Below are positions 6,930 through 14,106 of a DNA stretch of 29,438 nucleotides, in pieces (the first letter of the stretch is position 1; each line of letters begins with the position of its first letter). Location: positions 1 through 29,438 of the IMG/VR virus record IMGVR_UViG_3300030372_003823, one strand, 5' to 3'. A program made the translations under genes and the position numbers. This DNA is from a virus. Lineage: Duplodnaviria > Caudoviricetes. Below the pieces are notes generated by a model that saw nothing but the letters and a program-made list of their open reading frames with translations, ran no database searches and was not told where the DNA came from.

Positions 6930-6968
6930 TTGATTATTTCAAGTCAAGCTATTGATTATTTTAGTCAA
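6930..6968. promoter_or_regulatory. Tandem operators upstream of the recombination operon
   Basis: TTGATTATTTCAAGTCAA (6930-6947, one extra base) and TTGATTATTTTAGTCAA (6952-6968). Confidence 0.7.
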
Positions 6969-7007
6969 TAAGTTTTTAATAGGGAATCGGAATCAAAAGG
7001 AATCAGA

Positions 7008-7994
7008 ATGGGATTTGACCTGGATAAAAAATCTAAAGGGTTTGCTGACTTCAAGCATCACTCTAACCCAAATAGACCTGACGGTGTAATCCTTTTTGAT
7101 AAGCTAGTTATGAGGCCTGAGAGGAACAGAGCATGGGAGTTGATAAAGGCTGGTGATAGTGAGCGAGGCTTCGATATTCTGAGAGATCACGGATACTATA
7201 AAGATCATCTTGGTAACACAATCTACAACGATGCCCCCGTAATGCTCTTTGGTAGGGCAGTTCAGTATTACTGTGACCTGGTTCTCCTAGAGGATCAGAA
7301 CCAAAATGAAGCCTATCGAGAGGCCATTAACATGATCCAGGGTTATCAGTCACCCCATTGGAGAAACGCAGCTGACGAGAAAGATCGCATCGATGATGTG
7401 GTTAATGGGGTCTATTATGATGATAAGGGCCGCAAGCCTACCAAGAAGGATGAGAAGGCGAACGTAACCAAAACTTTATTTCAGCTGGTGGCAGATAATG
7501 CTTTGGCTGGAATGCAAGAGGCCATGACGGGTGCCAACCAAATTACTGGTGAAGAAAAACTGGAAGGAAAGCTGGAAGGGTGCAGGCTCCCTTATATTGG
7601 ATTTGGAGATTATAATGCTGGAACAGTCGAATTAAAAACCAAATGGGGTGAAAATATTTTCGACACAGAAGGTAACCCAAAAAGATTACAGAAAAATTAT
7701 CGGAAACAAATTGCCGGGTACTGGCATCTCACGGGAAATATGCCCAAATTGGTGATGTCAGGCCGAAATGGTTACCATATCTACCGCCCAACTGCTGAAG
7801 AATTGGAGAATGCTCTGAGACTCGTAAAAACGGACTGTCAGCGGCTGGAAGAGAATTTATATAGTAGGACAACCAAAGAGGCCGTTCTTCGGTCTTGTGA
7901 GGTAGATTTCGAGGTCAAATTTTACTGGGGTGACATCCATCCACGGCATCGGGCATTAGCAGAGAAAATGTGGGGGGTAGCTGATGGGTTTTGA
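7008..7994 (+). CDS. PD-(D/E)XK exonuclease-like protein
   Basis: FGRAVQ, PYIGFGDY...VELKTKW and QIAGY motifs of RecB/Cas4-like phage exonucleases; lies near the SSAP gene. Confidence 0.7.
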   Translation: MGFDLDKKSKGFADFKHHSNPNRPDGVILFDKLVMRPERNRAWELIKAGDSERGFDILRDHGYYKDHLGNTIYNDAPVMLFGRAVQYYCDLVLLEDQNQNEAYREAINMIQGYQSPHWRNAADEKDRIDDVVNGVYYDDKGRKPTKKDEKANVTKTLFQLVADNALAGMQEAMTGANQITGEEKLEGKLEGCRLPYIGFGDYNAGTVELKTKWGENIFDTEGNPKRLQKNYRKQIAGYWHLTGNMPKLVMSGRNGYHIYRPTAEELENALRLVKTDCQRLEENLYSRTTKEAVLRSCEVDFEVKFYWGDIHPRHRALAEKMWGVADGF

Positions 7995-8292
7995 TTATAT
8001 TCCACCTCATCAGCGGCATTCTGCAACATCCAGGGCGAGTGCCTTGAAGGTAGACTTCAATAAAAATCAGACAATCGTAATTCAAACAATTCCTGATGGC
8101 GGTCTGACCGATCTTGAGGGTCAGGAGAAATCAGGGATGTCTGGAGATAGCTGGAGGCCTGCACGGGTCTTCCTCTGGAAAAATGATTTCTTAGAAAATT
8201 CTGGAGAAACTAGAATTACCAGTTCTGGCAGGCAAGCGACTATTTGGAAATTAACTCACAAGGGAAGGGAACATAAAATTGAACAAAATTGA
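7984..8292 (+). CDS. Small winged-helix DNA-binding protein
   Basis: HSATSRASA...GLTD.E...RPAR..L...SG.TR.TSSGR.A.IW pattern common in phages. Confidence 0.6.
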   Translation: MGFDYIPPHQRHSATSRASALKVDFNKNQTIVIQTIPDGGLTDLEGQEKSGMSGDSWRPARVFLWKNDFLENSGETRITSSGRQATIWKLTHKGREHKIEQN

Positions 8293-8986
8293 AATTGATT
8301 ACAACGAGCCGTTACGAAATCGGCTTACTGAGGCGATGCACAACCTTAGTGAAAAGAACAGAACCCACGGGGTGATCCAGAAGGGCGGTAAAAAGTATAC
8401 TGAAGTTTTTGTTCGTGTAGAGGAATTTAGGAAAGCCTTCGGCACAGAACTTGGCATCCAGACAGAGATCCTAAAAGACGAGGGAGGTATAGTTCAAGTC
8501 AAAGCAAATATTATTGATAAGAGTAATAATGCCATTCTTGGATCTGGATTAGCAGAAGAGGTGAGGGGTTCTTCAAATGTAAACAAAACTTCCGCGCTTG
8601 AGAATTGTGAAACATCTGCCATAGGCCGCGCCTTGGCATCTCTCGGATTGCATGGTGGTCAGTATGCAAGTGCAAATGAAATTGATCGGGCAGAAGCCAA
8701 ATCAGAAATTATTGAAGAGAAAAAGAAAGAGCCACAACAACCAGAACCACAACCAGAACCAGAGGCTCCCAAGGAAGCTGCACCTGGTGAGGATAGGGCG
8801 ATTGAATTTGCCACTGAACTGTCACGCAAAATGATCGCTTGTTCGTCAGCTAAAGATTTGAAAATTCTGGAAGCAAAGAACGATAAAGGTATCGATATGC
8901 TGAAGGAAAAGTTCCCTAGCATCTACAATCCAATCAAAGAAAAATTTGTCGAACTACTAGATGGATTTGGCGAAGCACCATTTTAA
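8279..8986 (+). CDS. Rad52/Sak-like single-strand annealing protein
   Basis: KKYTEV..RV..FR and G.AEE.R...N.TSALENCETSAIGRAL..LG; Pro/Glu linker; C-terminal ...EAPF. Confidence 0.65.
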   Translation: MNKIEIDYNEPLRNRLTEAMHNLSEKNRTHGVIQKGGKKYTEVFVRVEEFRKAFGTELGIQTEILKDEGGIVQVKANIIDKSNNAILGSGLAEEVRGSSNVNKTSALENCETSAIGRALASLGLHGGQYASANEIDRAEAKSEIIEEKKKEPQQPEPQPEPEAPKEAAPGEDRAIEFATELSRKMIACSSAKDLKILEAKNDKGIDMLKEKFPSIYNPIKEKFVELLDGFGEAPF

Positions 8987-9002
8987 AACGAAAGGAAAAC
9001 TA

Positions 9003-9368
9003 ATGCAAAATACAAACCCAAAACCACCACTTCAGAATGGCAAAGTCCAGATACCCGAAACTACTGGGCCAGAGCATCGAGCAACTGCCTGGGTGAATAC
9101 TAAGTATGGTGATGAGTCTCAGGAAGCGAAGATGGCGGTTCTTGAAGTTATTCGATTAATCGAAAAGCACGACCTTAATATTAAGATAGAATTGAAAAAG
9201 AAAAGTGCCGATGTTCAGCCAAGTGATTGGCCTCGAATTGGATACTTTGGTTTGTTTCGAAATAAGTTTCGGATGGAAGGTTTGCAGCCAGTTTCAGAGG
9301 TTACCAGGGAACCCCAATTTCAACCGTCAGCACCAGCTGCCGATGATGATCCATTTACAGTCCGATGA
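9003..9368 (+). CDS. Putative ssDNA-binding protein
   Basis: Follows the SSAP; acidic DDDPF near the C-terminus; AAGGA RBS before MQNT (track ORF starts at 8961). Confidence 0.45.
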   Translation: MQNTNPKPPLQNGKVQIPETTGPEHRATAWVNTKYGDESQEAKMAVLEVIRLIEKHDLNIKIELKKKSADVQPSDWPRIGYFGLFRNKFRMEGLQPVSEVTREPQFQPSAPAADDDPFTVR

Positions 9369-9490
9369 GGTGTGCCGTGCGCCCCATTCTGTGGATCGAT
9401 TTGTGGGTTGAGAGAAAGAGAATTGAAAGATTAAGTAAGACGAAATTTGGAAGGATTTGGTTATGGTTCAGAAGTTACTTTATACGTTAA
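9365..9490 (+). CDS. Small Trp/Arg-rich ORF, 41 aa (not in track)
   Basis: MRCAVRPILWIDLWVERKRIERLSKTKFGRIWLWFRSYFIR; ATGA overlap with the upstream stop. Confidence 0.4.
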   Translation: MRCAVRPILWIDLWVERKRIERLSKTKFGRIWLWFRSYFIR

Positions 9491-9651
9491 GAGAAACCGC
9501 ATCTTTATTTTTTGGAGATGGTAACAACCATTACCAGGTCAAGGTAAAGGAGATGATAACTGAAGGTGAAATTCGAGGGGTGAAAGTTGGCAAGCGACTG
9601 TATGTGCCTGCCAACGAGATTGAAAAACTTAGGATGCAACTAGATGTATAG
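9457..9651 (+). CDS. xis: Excisionase (HTH_17-type)
   Basis: LLYTLRETA...I..GEI.GVKVGKRLYVP..EIE; adjacent to int. Confidence 0.8.
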   Translation: MVMVQKLLYTLRETASLFFGDGNNHYQVKVKEMITEGEIRGVKVGKRLYVPANEIEKLRMQLDV

Positions 9652-10843
9652 GAACTGCGCCAGCCTCTCTCAGTTCTTGCTCATGCTTCACATTTTTTAC
9701 TGGCTGGGCATACTGGGTTCTAGTAAATTCTATAGATGTATGGCCTAGAGTGTTAGCTGCTCTTTCAAAATTCTGATTAAGGTTTGCGATAGCATATGAC
9801 GCATAAAAATGTCTTAATGCTGACCAGGTAATATGTTTAACTCCAGACCTCTTAACAAGTCTTTTCATTAAATCCCTAAAGAAACCTTTACTCAATGCGT
9901 CATGCACAAAGCCAGGAAACACGATGTCGTTTTCAGACACTTTTGGACTAGCTGCTTTATGCAGTCTAAGGAGCCTAACGGCCTCTGGATCGATAGGAAT
10001 TTCTCGCTCTCCCTTATCTGTTTTAGTCCCCTTTTGTCGAATGCGTAGACCACTCTCCTTGTTAGGATCTTTCTCTGTAATGATAGCTTCTTCAACAAAA
10101 ATGTTTGAAGTTTCAAGATCAACATTACCCCAACGAAGGCCTCTTATTTCGGACTGTCGGACACCCGTATTCAGGCCAAGGTGAAAAATTGTTTTGTTGA
10201 AAGGTGTCTCTGTTTCGAGTGCCTGGTAGATATTTGGGAAATCATTTTCTACACAAATATGAAGGTAAGATGTATCGCGATTTACTGCCTTATCTTTGAG
10301 TGCTAATGTGAGGTCTTTGCAAGTCAACGGGTTAGCAGTTCCCCATCCTTTTCTAATCACATATCTGAGAAAAACTTCACAGTAATGCTTCTTCTGTTTT
10401 CTGGTAGAATAGGCAGCATGATCGCGCTTACAATGGGCCTTAAATTCTGTTTGGAAATCCTCAATATTATAGCGGTTAAAAATCTCTGAGCACCGATGAG
10501 AAGAAAGTTTCTGAGAACTAATTTTAAGTGACAGAAACCAGGTAAGAGCATTTAAAGTATTTTCATGGGTGGAGATTGTAATCTCCTCATTATCAAACTT
10601 CTTTTTGAGATTTAATTTATACTGGTGAAAAGCATCTTCGACAGTTACCTTGTCAAACTCATTGACTTTAGTTTTTGCATAATTGCCAGTAAGATAATTT
10701 GCTAAGAGAATAGCAGCTGCTTTCTGAGCCTCTCCTTTTGTTGGGTAGTTTCCATGCCTTATTCCAAGACCAATTCTTTTACCATTTATTACAAAATAAT
10801 CTCTATATTTTTTCACATTTAAGGGTGCGGTTTCTCTCGTCAT
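9629..10843 (-). CDS. int: Tyrosine integrase
   Basis: TGVRQSEIRGLRW (R), TKT (K), SALRH (H-x-x-R with His replaced by Ser), LGH...TRTQY (H, Y). Confidence 0.95.
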   Translation of the reverse strand: MTRETAPLNVKKYRDYFVINGKRIGLGIRHGNYPTKGEAQKAAAILLANYLTGNYAKTKVNEFDKVTVEDAFHQYKLNLKKKFDNEEITISTHENTLNALTWFLSLKISSQKLSSHRCSEIFNRYNIEDFQTEFKAHCKRDHAAYSTRKQKKHYCEVFLRYVIRKGWGTANPLTCKDLTLALKDKAVNRDTSYLHICVENDFPNIYQALETETPFNKTIFHLGLNTGVRQSEIRGLRWGNVDLETSNIFVEEAIITEKDPNKESGLRIRQKGTKTDKGEREIPIDPEAVRLLRLHKAASPKVSENDIVFPGFVHDALSKGFFRDLMKRLVKRSGVKHITWSALRHFYASYAIANLNQNFERAANTLGHTSIEFTRTQYAQPVKNVKHEQELREAGAVPIHLVAS

Positions 10844-10866
10844 TTCGATTGCTTCCTTCTAAATAA

Positions 10867-10913
10867 TTAACTCTTATAGTCAATAATATAGTGTGGAATA
10901 ATCAATAATTCAA
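10867..10913 (-). promoter_or_regulatory. int promoter with operator near +1
   Basis: TTGAAT(10913-10908)-N17-TATATT(10890-10885); operator-like TTAACTCTTATAGTCAA at 10867-10883. Confidence 0.65.
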
Positions 10914-11025
10914 TAGCTGTGCTATTAAAAGTAGCACAAAAGGTAGCACAAATTAAAAAAATTAGGGGAGGGGTATTGCACTATTTTTCTATAAAGTTAT
11001 AGATAACAAGGAGATATAAACGAAT

Positions 11026-11071
11026 GCGGGTGTGGCGGAATTGGTAGACGCACTAGATTTAGGTTCTAGTG
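11026..11071 (+). pseudogene. 5' half of tRNA-Leu(TAG) (attP identity block, not a complete tRNA)
   Basis: GCGGGTGTGGCGGAATTGGTAGACGCACTAGATTTAGGTTCTAG gives the 5' acceptor strand, D-arm and anticodon arm (TAG). No T-arm or 3' acceptor strand follows. Confidence 0.88.
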
Positions 11072-11084
11072 GAAAGCACTGATC

Positions 11085-11143
11085 CTATACGATTTCTTAG
11101 GTTTTTATACGATTTTATACTATACTATACGATCCTATATGCT
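11085..11143 (+). repeat. 10-bp-phased YTATACGAT repeats (putative Xis sites)
   Basis: Copies at 11085, 11105, 11115, 11125 and 11135, between the core and the right arm. Confidence 0.7.
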
Positions 11144-11200
11144 TTAAAAGGTAGCACAAGGGTAGCACACGATTCTATGCTTTTACCTTGACTTTGAAAG

Positions 11201-11335
11201 TCAACGATAAGTCTTCATCAGAGACTTTTTCTTTGAACCCATTTCAACCTTCTTGCCCGTCTTTGCAGCTGCCTTTTTCGCAGCGGCTTTGCCTGCTTTA
11301 GAATATGAATAATGTTTGTTTCCTACCTTCGGCAT
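11201..11335 (-). CDS. Small Lys/Ala-rich basic protein, 44 aa (not in track)
   Basis: MPKVGNKHYSYSKAGKAAAKKAAAKTGKKVEMGSKKKSLMKTYR; start overlaps the lysozyme stop. Confidence 0.7.
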   Translation of the reverse strand: MPKVGNKHYSYSKAGKAAAKKAAAKTGKKVEMGSKKKSLMKTYR

Positions 11336-11778
11336 CATTGAATTCCTTCCATTCGGTTAACTAAACGATCAGCCCGATTTTTTACCTGGACATACCACTT
11401 CGAGTTCTTCATCTGGTTTGCGGCTTCACGAAAATTCTTCTGGTCAACTGCGGCTTTCATCATCTTAAATTTAGACAATCTTGGCAGTCCCATATTAAAC
11501 ATCATATTACTAATTATCTGTTGCGCTTCCTCTGGGAGTTCATCAAAATACGGGTACAATTTTCTACAATCTCCAAGCACGATTTCGACATCTTTTTCGA
11601 AGAGTTCATTGACCCTTTCGTCAGTGATTTCTTCGCCAACTTCCATCCCAAATTCTGGCTCCCCATCAAGGCATAAATGACCGATTCCACAAGTCTTCAA
11701 TCCCAGATGATCTAGGTACACTTCATGCTTAATACCCTCATCAATTTTCAGTTGCTCACGCAGCTTATCTATGTCCAT
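11335..11778 (-). CDS. Endolysin, GH24 (T4-lysozyme-like)
   Basis: E-x8-D-x5-T catalytic triad (DEGIKHEVYLDHLGLKTCGIGH), NMMFNMG, SKWYVQV.NRA.RL. Confidence 0.92.
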   Translation of the reverse strand: MDIDKLREQLKIDEGIKHEVYLDHLGLKTCGIGHLCLDGEPEFGMEVGEEITDERVNELFEKDVEIVLGDCRKLYPYFDELPEEAQQIISNMMFNMGLPRLSKFKMMKAAVDQKNFREAANQMKNSKWYVQVKNRADRLVNRMEGIQ

Positions 11779-11781
11779 AAT

Positions 11782-12246
11782 TTATCCTTTCCTTTGCCGT
11801 ATTTTTTCGAAGGCTCTATGCCCAAACCAAAAGCTAATAATTCCACTAAAAAGAATTTGAGTATCCTGATCCCAGATAATCGGCATCGCGTCATTCAATG
11901 TTTGGCCTGCCTTCATTGCAGTTACCAGGGCGGTAATTTTTACTGTGAGAAATATACCTACGAACAAGTAGGTTACGATTGGTCTGACTGACCCTGATAG
12001 GGCAGCTGCAAAGGTAGAGTTACTGACTGCCGCTGCCTGGCTTTTATGAATTCCCTCTATTTCAGAGATGTCGCTTTTAGACCTTAACTCATCTATCTTG
12101 AGTTCCGATAATTCCTTTGCATAACGAGCCTTTGCCTGCAACATTGCCAACTCTTGTTTGTCTTGTTGCCTCTGCTTGAAGAGATCAATGACACTCGGAA
12201 TTATGCTTGTGCCAAATCCTAAAGCACTACCTAATAATGACAACAT
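11782..12246 (-). CDS. Putative 3-TM holin (GTA-holin-like)
   Basis: MLSLLGSALGFG...SVRPIVTY...IISFWFG.R with a basic tail; directly upstream of the endolysin (track ORF starts at 12273). Confidence 0.7.
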   Translation of the reverse strand: MLSLLGSALGFGTSIIPSVIDLFKQRQQDKQELAMLQAKARYAKELSELKIDELRSKSDISEIEGIHKSQAAAVSNSTFAAALSGSVRPIVTYLFVGIFLTVKITALVTAMKAGQTLNDAMPIIWDQDTQILFSGIISFWFGHRAFEKIRQRKG

Positions 12247-12572
12247 TATGATTTTCCATTCTTGGACATCCAAGCAGAAACACCCATATAGGCTCCCACA
12301 ATTCCTGCCCCAGTGATGAAGAAAATATTTGATAGATCGACTAGTAGTTCAATCCTCTCATCAGCGATAAATGGCATGAACATCATAAAGGTAAACATCC
12401 CCATTCCTATAAGTGTCCACCTTGCAATTCGTAATTGTGCTAGGTGCTTTCTAGACTGATCTTCAAACTCACGGATCTCCTTGGACTTATCTATTTCGTC
12501 ATCAGAGACAATCCCATCGCCATCCAAATCGTATGGATCTAGGACACTATTCTCTTGCAGTTTTTTAGCCAT
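12246..12572 (-). CDS. Two-TM membrane protein with an EF-hand-like loop
   Basis: DLDGDGIVSDDE, then two hydrophobic helices ending GIVGAYMG. Confidence 0.7.
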   Translation of the reverse strand: MAKKLQENSVLDPYDLDGDGIVSDDEIDKSKEIREFEDQSRKHLAQLRIARWTLIGMGMFTFMMFMPFIADERIELLVDLSNIFFITGAGIVGAYMGVSAWMSKNGKS

Positions 12573-12918
12573 TTTCTTTGTACTCGTTAATGATTTCTTG
12601 GATTGCTTTTCTGGTGGGAGAGGGGTTCACTTTACATGAATATTCTACCTGGCAACTACTGGTAGGTGAGTACTCAATTATAGCCGTTTCAACGGTGTTT
12701 TTGGAGCCGTAGTATATACACAATACATCGCGAGTTTGATGCGCTCCAGGGTTCCTAATTAGGACTGCTACACGGTGTAATCTACAGATAGTATTCTCAT
12801 CAACTGTCGAGGAGTTTAAGTCCCCAGGCAAGACCAATGAGTAGACCCACACCCACAACACCAACGACAGTGAGTATAACCACAAATTGTATCTTTTCTT
12901 TTCTGGCTTCTCTCTCAT
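12565..12918 (-). CDS. Membrane-anchored four-Cys protein
   Basis: N-terminal hydrophobic segment, then CRL...CIY...C.VEY.C; overlaps the upstream gene by 119 nt. Confidence 0.55.
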   Translation of the reverse strand: MREKPEKKRYNLWLYSLSLVLWVWVYSLVLPGDLNSSTVDENTICRLHRVAVLIRNPGAHQTRDVLCIYYGSKNTVETAIIEYSPTSSCQVEYSCKVNPSPTRKAIQEIINEYKENG

Positions 12919-13279
12919 ATTTATCTTTCTTTCGCTGAATACGAATTTGCCTTTCTGTCTCCAGAAGGTTGTCCCAGCCCTTTTGGCCTAATCCTAAAGT
13001 CCAGATAATATCATGCTTTAACTGATCTCTTTGTTTCTCAATAGCGGCCTTGTGTTGAACCAACTGGAAGGCTTCCTCGGAGATCGATTTGCCCTTTTTG
13101 AGTTTGGTTAAGAGGGTGGGGTTTTTTAGTTTTTTATGCTCATGTTCAAGGTCTGAGCAGGCACCCATCCATTTACCAATTTGCTGGGAAACATCTTCAA
13201 ATTCTTTCCCTGCGTTTACTAACTTACGGACGAGTTGGAAGCTCGAAGTGCAAGCAGCGAATATTGTCATTGGATCCAT
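12800..13279 (-). CDS. Hypothetical helical protein with a C-terminal TM
   Basis: MDPMT... start, AAGGTG RBS, coiled-coil-like body and hydrophobic C-terminus. Confidence 0.7.
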   Translation of the reverse strand: MDPMTIFAACTSSFQLVRKLVNAGKEFEDVSQQIGKWMGACSDLEHEHKKLKNPTLLTKLKKGKSISEEAFQLVQHKAAIEKQRDQLKHDIIWTLGLGQKGWDNLLETERQIRIQRKKDKYEREARKEKIQFVVILTVVGVVGVGLLIGLAWGLKLLDS

Positions 13280-13349
13280 AATATCACCTTGAAATCGGCA
13301 GCCTCTGAGGCTCGGTAATATATGTCCGATTAATAAATTTTAAGTTTGT

Positions 13350-13541
13350 TTAGAGGTTAAATGCTATTCCTAAAAGAATAACAATAATTGTAGCAGCAAC
13401 AGAAATAAAGATAGTTTCAAGACGCTTAACACGATTAAAAAGATCTTTGAACTGAATAGTTGTCTGAACTTCGAGGCGATGCGAACGTGTATCAAGGGAA
13501 TGAAGTTGTTCTGTGACAGAGGTTAAAGTTGGCTTACTCAC
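13350..13541 (-). CDS. Small coiled-coil plus C-terminal TM protein (XhlA-like architecture)
   Basis: GTG start overlaps the upstream gene end; ...FNRVKRLETIFISVAATIIVILLGIAFNL (track ORF starts at 13643). Confidence 0.6.
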   Translation of the reverse strand: MSKPTLTSVTEQLHSLDTRSHRLEVQTTIQFKDLFNRVKRLETIFISVAATIIVILLGIAFNL

Positions 13542-14097
13542 TCTTCGGCCAATCATATATTGGAGCGTTGCCAGTAGGGTTTCCATCACTATCGACTGGA
13601 GTATCAAACAATGCTTTAAAAGCGGATAAATTAGAACACCCATTTATTTTATCTTCAATCGTTTTTGATGCCGTTCTGACCTTCGTTCTGTAGGTAGAAG
13701 TCGCACTAGGGATAGCCGTTCCAGCTTCTGATTTTCTGGTGACATACCAATCTGTTGATTGAAGATTTCCGTTTGCTGACTCTTTTGTTTTGCGAACCCA
13801 GATAGTTTTTAATCCTTCATTAATAACTTGGTTACCATCTTCATCTTTTAATTTATTTCCGTCCTCACCAACAGCATCTTCATCAGCTAACTTTCTTTCA
13901 ATAAGAGTTTTGCCATCTGCTGACCAACCCCAATAGAATTTGTTATCAAAGGGAGCAGGGTCATCTGTCCATGCTAAACCTTTGGCTTTCTTTGTAGCAT
14001 CATCCCAAGTCATCCAGTTGTAAGGATGTGTAAAACCATCATCATCCTTCCAAGGTCTGCCACCTGATATTTCTTTGGATTTATATTTCCAAACCAT
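13534..14097 (-). CDS. Tail fibre assembly chaperone-like protein
   Basis: L..TDWYV.R and terminal WP motifs; directly after the fibre gene; GGAG RBS. Confidence 0.65.
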   Translation of the reverse strand: MVWKYKSKEISGGRPWKDDDGFTHPYNWMTWDDATKKAKGLAWTDDPAPFDNKFYWGWSADGKTLIERKLADEDAVGEDGNKLKDEDGNQVINEGLKTIWVRKTKESANGNLQSTDWYVTRKSEAGTAIPSATSTYRTKVRTASKTIEDKINGCSNLSAFKALFDTPVDSDGNPTGNAPIYDWPKSE

Positions 14098-14106
14098 GTT
14101 TATCTC

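Larger units (their letters stand above)
10918..11170. other. attP: arm-type sites, tRNA-derived core and phased accessory-protein repeats
   Basis: Arm sites TGTGCTA (10918, inverted), GTAGCACAA (10931, 10943, 11151) and GTAGCACAC (11162). Core CACTAGA-TTTAGGT-TCTAGTG at 11051-11071. Phage genes lie on both sides. Confidence 0.88.

Noticed and set aside
7008-7994. Cas4 as part of a CRISPR system
   Set aside because: No four-Cys cluster pattern, no cas1 or array; context is a recombination module.
11026-11100. Complete tRNA gene or prophage boundary
   Set aside because: No T-arm or 3' acceptor strand, and phage genes flank both sides, so this is attP rather than attL/attR.
13294-13340. Third late-promoter copy and hairpin (AGCCTCTGAGGCT; ATTAATCGGACA on the minus strand)
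   Set aside because: Only a short partial match to the promoter spacer, with no properly spaced TTTAC -35 and no U-tract after the hairpin.
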